From an uncultured Pelagibacteraceae bacterium (GTDB taxonomy: Bacteria > Pseudomonadota > Alphaproteobacteria > Pelagibacterales > Pelagibacteraceae): a stretch of DNA of 64,000 nt. The DNA is taken from the NCBI GenBank assembly GCA_902555185.1, contig CACDSA010000004.1, forward strand, positions 93-64,092, written 5' to 3'. The notes beneath the pieces are model-generated. The model saw only the letters and a list, made by a program, of their open reading frames with translations. It did no database searches and was not told where the DNA came from. Positions within the stretch are counted from its first letter, which is position 1, and each line of letters begins with the position of its first letter. This document shows, piece after piece, positions 18,908-26,234 of this stretch. The translations under genes were made by a program, and so were the position numbers.

Positions 18908-20608
18908 TCAAAGGCCTTTAATTAATTTTTTTTCAATTTTTTCTTTTAACTCATTTTCCAGTTTCTCAAGATTTAAAACATAGTTCCAATAATATCTAGC
19001 TTGAATAATTTTTCCATTTTTCCAAAGGACATCTCCATAGTGGTCATTAACTATAGGATCAGCTGGCATTAATCTAACAGCAAGTTGTAAATAATTTTTC
19101 GACTCTTTATATCTTTTTAATTTAAATAATGCCCAACCAAGAGAGTCTATTATATAAGGATCATTGGTTTTTAATTTGTTGGCTTTTTCCAACATTTTTA
19201 AGGATTCTTCTATTTTAACACCTTGTTCAATCCATGAATACGCGAGATAATTTATTACATAAGCTTGATCAGGTTTTGCCTCTAGTGAAGCGAGAAGATC
19301 TTTTTCTGCTTTATCCCATTTGTCAGATCTTTCGTATGACACTCCTCTCCCATCAGTAACTTTTGGAAAAAGTGGATGTTTTTTATCAACTCTACTTAAA
19401 ATCTCTGTATAATACTTAATAGCACTTTCATATTCTTCATTATTTTTTAAGAACTCAGCATAATCGAAAGTTTCGTAAATTCCTTTGATTGGTAATTCCT
19501 TGTAAGAATTTCTCAATAATTTTAAAGAACCCTCTTTGTCATCCTCCTCGATCAAAATTCTAGATATTTGTTTATAAGAGAACCATTTGAAAGCAGCACC
19601 ATGGTTAATTAATTTTTCATAAATTTTTTTTGAACTACTGAAATCACTGATTTTATAAAAATTTTCTGCCAATAATGTATCAAACGCATGAAATTCTTTA
19701 TTTAGAAATTTCGACAAATTAAGATAAAAATTTGAAAGAGAATACATTGACTGCGAAGACATTGCATTAGCAGCAATGTAAATTATTTCAGCTGCAACAT
19801 CTTTTTCTTTTTTACAACTAAAGTCAAAATTTTTTTCTGCATTATTTAAATCTAAAATATATTGATTGAGTAATAAATTTCTTGGGTATTTTTTTAATGA
19901 TGACTCAATAACTTTTTTTGCCTTTTCGTCTTTTCCAATGCTCTTAAGATAATTTGCGTAAAAATAATTGTATCTTGAAAAATCAGTCTCAGTGTTAGAT
20001 ATAAGTTCATTAAATAATTTCTCCGTGTTGTTTCTATCAAAAAAACAATTTAAAAAAGCATTTTGAATTTTTTTTATATTTTCAAACCTATTATCTAATT
20101 GTTTTAATTTAATTCTTGCTTTATCAAATTGATTATTTCTTAAATCAGACCAAAGAAGCAAAGTATTGACGATATAGCTATCTAATAAAGTTTTTGAACT
20201 CTTTTGCTTTGCTTTGAAAAAGTACTGATTCGAAAGATCATATTTTGAGTTTTTTAAATAATAAATACCAATTATTAAATCGCTCTCAAAACTATTTTTT
20301 TTTTCTCTTTCTATTTTTTTTGAATAATTGAAAGCTTTAATAAAATTTCCTGAATTAACTAATGTATATAGATATTTTGAGGGAAAGGTTAAATGGCTTT
20401 TTTCAAGCCCATTAAGTCTCTTTAAATATTTATATGAGTCTTCATATTTGCTTTGATTAAAAAGCAAAATTCCTGTGATATAATCGGAAATATTGTCTGC
20501 ACTATTATATTTTTCAAAACTTTCAGCTTTAAATGTGGAAAAAAAAATAAAAATAATGACAATTTTAATAAGATCTGTAATCTTAGATAGTTTTTTAACA
20601 ATGAGCAT
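18908..20608 (-). CDS. Exported tetratricopeptide repeat protein (start uncertain)
   Basis: N-terminal hydrophobic stretch; TPR motifs VINYLAYSW, IIDSLGWA, VNDHYGDVLW. Confidence 0.88.
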   Translation of the reverse strand: MLIVKKLSKITDLIKIVIIFIFFSTFKAESFEKYNSADNISDYITGILLFNQSKYEDSYKYLKRLNGLEKSHLTFPSKYLYTLVNSGNFIKAFNYSKKIEREKKNSFESDLIIGIYYLKNSKYDLSNQYFFKAKQKSSKTLLDSYIVNTLLLWSDLRNNQFDKARIKLKQLDNRFENIKKIQNAFLNCFFDRNNTEKLFNELISNTETDFSRYNYFYANYLKSIGKDEKAKKVIESSLKKYPRNLLLNQYILDLNNAEKNFDFSCKKEKDVAAEIIYIAANAMSSQSMYSLSNFYLNLSKFLNKEFHAFDTLLAENFYKISDFSSSKKIYEKLINHGAAFKWFSYKQISRILIEEDDKEGSLKLLRNSYKELPIKGIYETFDYAEFLKNNEEYESAIKYYTEILSRVDKKHPLFPKVTDGRGVSYERSDKWDKAEKDLLASLEAKPDQAYVINYLAYSWIEQGVKIEESLKMLEKANKLKTNDPYIIDSLGWALFKLKRYKESKNYLQLAVRLMPADPIVNDHYGDVLWKNGKIIQARYYWNYVLNLEKLENELKEKIEKKLIKGL

Positions 20609-20610
20609 AA

Positions 20611-21306
20611 ATGTTTAAAAATAAAAGTTCTGTAAAATTAATTAATTATTATAATTTAATAAACCATAATCTAATTTACAATAATAAGGCAATCAACAGG
20701 TATAAGAAAGACAAATTTGAATTGGCTGAGAATAAAGCCAAAAGCTTGGAGCAATTAAAAAAAACGATTGAAAATTTAAAAAATTGTGACTTAAAGAATC
20801 ACGCGAACAATATTGTATTTGGCGATGGAAATCCAAAATCAAGAATCATGCTTATTGGTGAAGCTCCGGGTGCCAATGAGGATCAAGAAGGATTACCTTT
20901 TGTTGGAAGAGCTGGGATGTTACTTGATAAAATGCTTGCGGCAATAAATTTAGACAGAAAAAAAGTGTATATTTCTAATATAATTAATTATCGACCGCCA
21001 GAAAATCGTAGGCCTACAGAGGGGGAAATTAAAAGATATTTGCCATTTATTTCAAAACATATTGAAATAATAAATCCAAAGATAATTGTGCTACTTGGGA
21101 GTACTGCAATGAACGCACTAATTGGAAATGATGTTGTTATTTCAAAAATGAGAGGAAAATGGATAGAAAAAAGATTTGGAAATTGTAAAGCATGCGTAAT
21201 TATTACTTTTCACCCTGCTTTTTTAATGAGGCAACCAGCCCAAAAGAAAATGGCTTGGATAGATTTAAAGATGATAAGAGATAAAAAAACTAAACTTAAG
21301 ATTTGA
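20611..21306 (+). CDS. Uracil-DNA glycosylase family 4
   Basis: IGEAPG, PFVGRAG, RPPENR, TFHPAFL. Confidence 0.93.
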   Translation: MFKNKSSVKLINYYNLINHNLIYNNKAINRYKKDKFELAENKAKSLEQLKKTIENLKNCDLKNHANNIVFGDGNPKSRIMLIGEAPGANEDQEGLPFVGRAGMLLDKMLAAINLDRKKVYISNIINYRPPENRRPTEGEIKRYLPFISKHIEIINPKIIVLLGSTAMNALIGNDVVISKMRGKWIEKRFGNCKACVIITFHPAFLMRQPAQKKMAWIDLKMIRDKKTKLKI

Positions 21307-21876
21307 TTGAAACAATTAATTACAGCTGGAGTTGATGAAGTTGGAAGAGGATGTCTTGCAGGTCCAGTGGTTTCTGCCGCTGTAATATTAAAAAAAGGTA
21401 TTGACCTTCGGCTGCTAAAGGACTCTAAAAAAATATCATTTAATAAGCGAGAAAAAATTTCAGAGCATATTAAAAATAATTCTTATTATTCAATAGGTAT
21501 TGCGTCCGTAGAGGAAATTCTGAATCTTAATATTCTACAAGCTTCACTCCTTTCAATGAAGAGAGCAATTGAAAAACTAACTCTGAAACCGAATTTGACT
21601 TTAATAGATGGAAGCTTTGCGCCAAGAGGATTGAAGAATTATAAAACTATAATAAATGGAGATGAAAAAATTAAAGTAATAAGCGCAGCATCAATAGTTG
21701 CTAAAGTTTTTAGGGATAAATATATGATAAAATTATCAAAAAGGTTTTCTAATTATGCTTGGGATAAAAATTTTGGCTATGGCACCAAAGCTCACTTGAA
21801 AGGTTTAAAAAAATTTGGTGTGACCGCATATCATAGAAAAACCTTCAAACCAGTACACAAGATATTGTCAAGTTAG
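21307..21876 (+). CDS. rnhB: Ribonuclease HII
   Basis: GVDEVGRGCLAGPV, DSKK, AASIVAKV, GYGTKAH; TTG start. Confidence 0.97.
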   Translation: MKQLITAGVDEVGRGCLAGPVVSAAVILKKGIDLRLLKDSKKISFNKREKISEHIKNNSYYSIGIASVEEILNLNILQASLLSMKRAIEKLTLKPNLTLIDGSFAPRGLKNYKTIINGDEKIKVISAASIVAKVFRDKYMIKLSKRFSNYAWDKNFGYGTKAHLKGLKKFGVTAYHRKTFKPVHKILSS

Positions 21877-21909
21877 AAATTTTCAACACAAGAGGGCGTA
21901 TCTTTTTTC

Positions 21910-21954
21910 TTTAATGATTTGACCCAGGATTCAATTTAAGGTTGAATCATTAAA
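21910..21954 (+). promoter_or_regulatory. ccrM leader with nested inverted repeats and two GANTC (GAWTC) sites
   Basis: GATTC at 21928-21932 and GAATC at 21944-21948; arms 21910-21924 and 21940-21954 are complementary with two G-T wobbles. Confidence 0.7.
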
Positions 21955-23028
21955 ATGTTAAAGTTTTCTAACAAACTCTTAAATGGTGACTGTCTAAAGA
22001 CATTAAAAAAGATTCCGGACAAAACTTTTGATTTAGTTTTTGCTGATCCTCCTTACAACTTGCAGATTGGTGAAAAGTTAACTCGGCCAGATTCAAGTAA
22101 AGTTAATGGAGTAAATGATAAATGGGATCAGTTTAACAGTTTCTCACATTACGATAATTTTTGTAAAACTTGGTTAAAGGAATGTAAAAGAATTCTCAAA
22201 GATGATGGATCAATATGGGTTATAGGGTCTTATCATAATATTTTCCGATTAGGTTATCACTTACAAAATTTGAATTACTGGTTACTTAATGACGTCATTT
22301 GGAGAAAAAATAACCCTATGCCTAATTTTAGAGGAACAAGATTTACAAATGCCCATGAAACTTTGATCTGGGCCTCAAAAAGTAAAAAATCAAAATATAC
22401 TTTTAATTATCAATCTCTCAAATGTTTGAATGACGATTTACAGATGAGATCTGACTGGACGTTCCCTATCTGCAATGGAAAAGAAAGATTAAAAAAAAAT
22501 GGAAAAAAAGTTCACTCTACTCAAAAACCAGAGTCTCTTCTTCATAGAATAATATTAGCAACAACAAATAAAGGAGACTTTATTCTTGACCCTTTTTTGG
22601 GGACTGGCACTACTGCGGTTGTTTCAAAAAAATTAGGAAGAAATTATTTTGGAATTGAAAAGGATAAAAAATATTATATTGCGGCTAAAGAAAGAATTAG
22701 CAAAACATTTAAAATAGCTGATGAATATTTGGATACTATTGAAAACAACAAATCCAAACCTAGAATACCTTTTGGATCACTTGTCGAATTAGGAATCATT
22801 AAACCAGGAACATCTCTTTTCGATCCAAAGAAAAAAGTAAATGCTAAAATAATGGCTGACGGGAGTATAAAATACAAAAATACTGAAGGTTCAATACACA
22901 AAATTGCTGCAAAAATAATGGGTACAGAAAGTTATAATGGATGGACTTATTGGCATTATAATTTAAATGGGTCATCTGTCTTAATTGATAATTTAAGGCA
23001 AAGATTTATTGCTCAAAAAATAAATTAG
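21955..23028 (+). CDS. ccrM: Cell-cycle-regulated adenine DNA methyltransferase (beta class)
   Basis: DPPYNLQ, NPMPNFRGTRFTNAHETLIW, HSTQKP, DPFLGTGTT, C-terminal GSIH...NGWTYW; lies downstream of rnhB. Confidence 0.96.
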   Translation: MLKFSNKLLNGDCLKTLKKIPDKTFDLVFADPPYNLQIGEKLTRPDSSKVNGVNDKWDQFNSFSHYDNFCKTWLKECKRILKDDGSIWVIGSYHNIFRLGYHLQNLNYWLLNDVIWRKNNPMPNFRGTRFTNAHETLIWASKSKKSKYTFNYQSLKCLNDDLQMRSDWTFPICNGKERLKKNGKKVHSTQKPESLLHRIILATTNKGDFILDPFLGTGTTAVVSKKLGRNYFGIEKDKKYYIAAKERISKTFKIADEYLDTIENNKSKPRIPFGSLVELGIIKPGTSLFDPKKKVNAKIMADGSIKYKNTEGSIHKIAAKIMGTESYNGWTYWHYNLNGSSVLIDNLRQRFIAQKIN

Positions 23029-24155
23029 TTTTTATAAACTGAGCCTAAATAGGAGCTAATAAAACTCTTTCTTTTAATCAAAAATTTCATGAAAAAATTC
23101 CTTAAAAACTGCATAATTGAGCTTGAAAAATGAAATACAAAAAAATTTAGATTTGATCTTTTTCTCACTAATTTTGCTCTTTTCAACCTTTCTTGAAAAT
23201 AAGCATTTTGAATATCAGCTTTATCCTCTTTAATTAAATTAAATAACTCGTAAGCACTCTCAATTGATTGTCCTGCACCTTGAGCTAAAGTTGGTAAAAA
23301 ACCGTTAAAAGCATCTCCAATATAGAAGACTTTATTATTTGTAGATGGAATTATTTCAGGCGTAAAATATAGCGGCCAGGATTTTAAGTCACCAGTAAAA
23401 AAATCTTTCAAATTAGAATTTTGACTTACTATTTTATCAATTAATAGTTTTATGTTATCTGGATCATATTTATTGTCTCTTACTATACTAACAAGATTAA
23501 GTTCTTTATTTTTATTTACTGGATAAAAGACCAAATGACAATTTTTTCCTAACATGAGGCTTATTTTCTCTTCATCAATATTAAGTTTAGATCTCGATTG
23601 AAGAATTGCTCTAATTGCTATTGCTTTTTTAAATTTTGGTTCATTTTTTTTCTTTTCAAAAAAAGATCTGGTGTTGGAAAAAATACCATCAGCTGCAACA
23701 ACTATATCTACAAGATCATTAGTGTTATCTTCAAATTTTATTAAAACCTTGCCTTTTAGTTCAGAAACTTCTTTAATTTTTTTTCCAAATCTCAGGTGCT
23801 GTGTATAAACATCATCTTTCAAAAACTCTATTAAAGTTGATCTTTGTAAAGTAGTGTATTTGCTTTGATCGTTATTAAATTGTGTCAAGTCTAAATCACA
23901 AATTTTATTATTTTTAATATCGTAAAAATCAATTCCTTTTGGGTTGAATATTTTTTCTTTGTTGATTTTCTTGAATCCAATAATGTTTAAAATTTTAATA
24001 CTATTTATTGAAAGTTGAATTCCATAACCTTCATCAAGCGACAAACTTTCTTGTTTTTCATATAACATAAATTCATGATTAGAATTTTTTTTTATGAGAT
24101 TTGCAAAAGTTAAACCTGCGATACCGGCGCCAATAATTGCTATTTTTTTTTTCAT
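23025..24155 (-). CDS. FAD-dependent monooxygenase (group A, salicylate hydroxylase-like)
   Basis: GAGIAG, ADGIFS, IGDAFNGFLPTLAQGA. Confidence 0.88.
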   Translation of the reverse strand: MKKKIAIIGAGIAGLTFANLIKKNSNHEFMLYEKQESLSLDEGYGIQLSINSIKILNIIGFKKINKEKIFNPKGIDFYDIKNNKICDLDLTQFNNDQSKYTTLQRSTLIEFLKDDVYTQHLRFGKKIKEVSELKGKVLIKFEDNTNDLVDIVVAADGIFSNTRSFFEKKKNEPKFKKAIAIRAILQSRSKLNIDEEKISLMLGKNCHLVFYPVNKNKELNLVSIVRDNKYDPDNIKLLIDKIVSQNSNLKDFFTGDLKSWPLYFTPEIIPSTNNKVFYIGDAFNGFLPTLAQGAGQSIESAYELFNLIKEDKADIQNAYFQERLKRAKLVRKRSNLNFFVFHFSSSIMQFLRNFFMKFLIKRKSFISSYLGSVYKN

Positions 24156-25156
24156 TAAAATAAAGTTGATACTTGTCTAAATATTTGTTTTGTAAAACTT
24201 GGAATAAATTCTTTATTTTTTTCTAAAGAGAACCAGCTAAACTTTGGTGGAATCTTTTCAGAAAATTTATAATAAAGATTAATATTTAACCTTAAATTTG
24301 AAATTGAGTTTTTGTAGGTTTTAAGAAATTTCCAATTTTGTTTTTTCGAAAAATTGTTTGACTCTTGAATTTTTGGTAAATTAAAATCTTTTAGAAAACC
24401 AATTTGACTATTTTTTTGAAGTGCAATTTGTTTTTTTTTATTTATAAAACAAAAAATATCATAATTTTTATTTTTAATCATTTTATATTTAATTCTTTTG
24501 ATTTTATTGTTAGATTTAAAATACTTGCAAGTTTTATTCAAACAACAATTAATACAATTTGGGTCTTTTGGTTTACATACTAAAGCCCCGAATTCCATCA
24601 GAGCTTCAACAAAATCAGCGTTACGTGCTGTTATTAAAAGTTTTTTTTTATTTTTTTCAATTAATTTGTCAAAATTTATTTTATTTTCCTCGATATTCAA
24701 ATTTCTAGAAAAAATTCTTTTTACGTTTCCATCTAATGCGATTCTTGGTTTGTTATAAACTAAACCTAATAATGCATTAGCAGTATAATCTCCCACACCA
24801 GGAAGTTTTTTTATTTCATTAATTGATTGAGGTAATTTTGATTTATAAATTTTCACCAAAATTTTAGAACATGCTAAGAGATTTTTCGCTCTTCTATAAT
24901 ATCCAAGGCCTTCCCACATTTTCAAAATTTGTTTTTCATTACTTCTAGATAAGGCTGTTAAATTTTTAAATTTTTTTGTAAAATTATTAAAGTAAGGAAT
25001 AACAGTTTTTACTTGGGTTTGTTGCAACATAAATTCACTCAAAAGCCTATAATACAGCTTTTTAGGTGACTTTTTGCCAACACGCCAAGGTAAGCTCCTT
25101 TTGTTATTATCGTACCAAGCTAAAATTTTTTTTGGTAAACTCGAATTTAAATGCAT
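24155..25156 (-). CDS. mutY: A/G-specific adenine glycosylase
   Basis: SEFMLQQTQV, WEGLGYYRRA, LPGVGDYTA, CX6CX2CX5C; start placed at Met17 of the ORF-track protein. Confidence 0.95.
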   Translation of the reverse strand: MHLNSSLPKKILAWYDNNKRSLPWRVGKKSPKKLYYRLLSEFMLQQTQVKTVIPYFNNFTKKFKNLTALSRSNEKQILKMWEGLGYYRRAKNLLACSKILVKIYKSKLPQSINEIKKLPGVGDYTANALLGLVYNKPRIALDGNVKRIFSRNLNIEENKINFDKLIEKNKKKLLITARNADFVEALMEFGALVCKPKDPNCINCCLNKTCKYFKSNNKIKRIKYKMIKNKNYDIFCFINKKKQIALQKNSQIGFLKDFNLPKIQESNNFSKKQNWKFLKTYKNSISNLRLNINLYYKFSEKIPPKFSWFSLEKNKEFIPSFTKQIFRQVSTLF

Positions 25157-25636
25157 AATAAAAATAATAATAAAACGCAGACTTACATACAAGGTCTTCG
25201 ACAATTTTCAAGCTCAATACCAAAAACTTTAAGAAAGCATTTAAGAAAAGGTGGTTATAACTATTCAAATATAGTTGATAATTGGACAAAAATAGTGAGT
25301 AAAAAAATTTCTGATGCATGCTACCCAATCAAAGTAAAGATGGGAAGAGAAATGAGAGACGGTACTTTAGTTTTAAATGTAACTCATGGTAAAGAGTTAG
25401 AGATTGAATATGAAAAAAATGAGATAATGGATAAAATTAATAGTTTTTTTGGATACAGATGTATTAGTAATATTACCCTTAAGATTATTCAAAATAAAAT
25501 AGATAAAAAAAACAAAGCTTTACCAAAAATAAAAAATTTTAACACGATCAAAGAAAAGATGGACAAGATATCAAATGAAAATCTTAAAAATTCTCTTAAT
25601 AACTTATTGAAAGCCTATAATGAAAAAAGTAAATAA
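25151..25636 (+). CDS. DUF721 / DciA-family protein
   Basis: W..IV...I...C.P.K, KINSFFGY..I..I; mutY-DUF721-dsbA-smc synteny. Confidence 0.82.
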   Translation: MHNKNNNKTQTYIQGLRQFSSSIPKTLRKHLRKGGYNYSNIVDNWTKIVSKKISDACYPIKVKMGREMRDGTLVLNVTHGKELEIEYEKNEIMDKINSFFGYRCISNITLKIIQNKIDKKNKALPKIKNFNTIKEKMDKISNENLKNSLNNLLKAYNEKSK

Positions 25637-26234
25637 AGTATTTTATCAAGTAATAATTATTTTTTTACTTTCATTTAATTCCAATGTTAAGACTGACATA
25701 GTAAGTCTTGGTCGCCCTATTGCCAAAGTAACTGTTAAAGTTTTTTCGTCTTTAACTTGCCCCGCATGTGCTAATTGGCACTCAAAAATTTTTTACCAGA
25801 TGAAAAAAGATTTCATTGAAGAGGGTTTAGTAAGGTTTGAGCATCATCCGTTTCCTTTAGACCTAGCGGCATTAAATGCAGAAATAATTTTGAGATGTCA
25901 GGTTGATAACAACAAAAGATTCGAACTTCTTGGTAAAATTTATGAAAAACAAAGTGTATGGGCAGTTGGATCTGATATAATTAAAATAAACGATTCAATT
26001 AAGAAAATTGGGTCTGATTTTGGTTTAGGAGAGGATGAGATGGATAAATGTCTTAAAAGTGATAAATCTCAAGATGAAATTTTAAATCAAAGAATTGAAG
26101 CTCAAAAAATATATAAAATTGAGGCAACGCCAACAGTGATAATTAATGAAAAGAAATATACTGGGAAAGTTGAATACTCGAAATTTAAAAAAGAAATAGA
26201 AAAAAATTTGACAAAGAATGGGTTGTTTAAATGA
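25620..26234 (+). CDS. DsbA-family thioredoxin
   Basis: Signal peptide, SLTCPACANWH, FPLD, cis-Pro ATPT. Confidence 0.9.
   Translation: MKKVNKVFYQVIIIFLLSFNSNVKTDIVSLGRPIAKVTVKVFSSLTCPACANWHSKIFYQMKKDFIEEGLVRFEHHPFPLDLAALNAEIILRCQVDNNKRFELLGKIYEKQSVWAVGSDIIKINDSIKKIGSDFGLGEDEMDKCLKSDKSQDEILNQRIEAQKIYKIEATPTVIINEKKYTGKVEYSKFKKEIEKNLTKNGLFK

Noticed and set aside
21936-21953. CtrA binding box upstream of ccrM
   Set aside because: The TTAA half-sites are 10 nt apart, not 7.
21955-23028. Methyltransferase as part of a restriction-modification defence system
   Set aside because: No adjacent nuclease; sequence and rnhB synteny fit the orphan CcrM.
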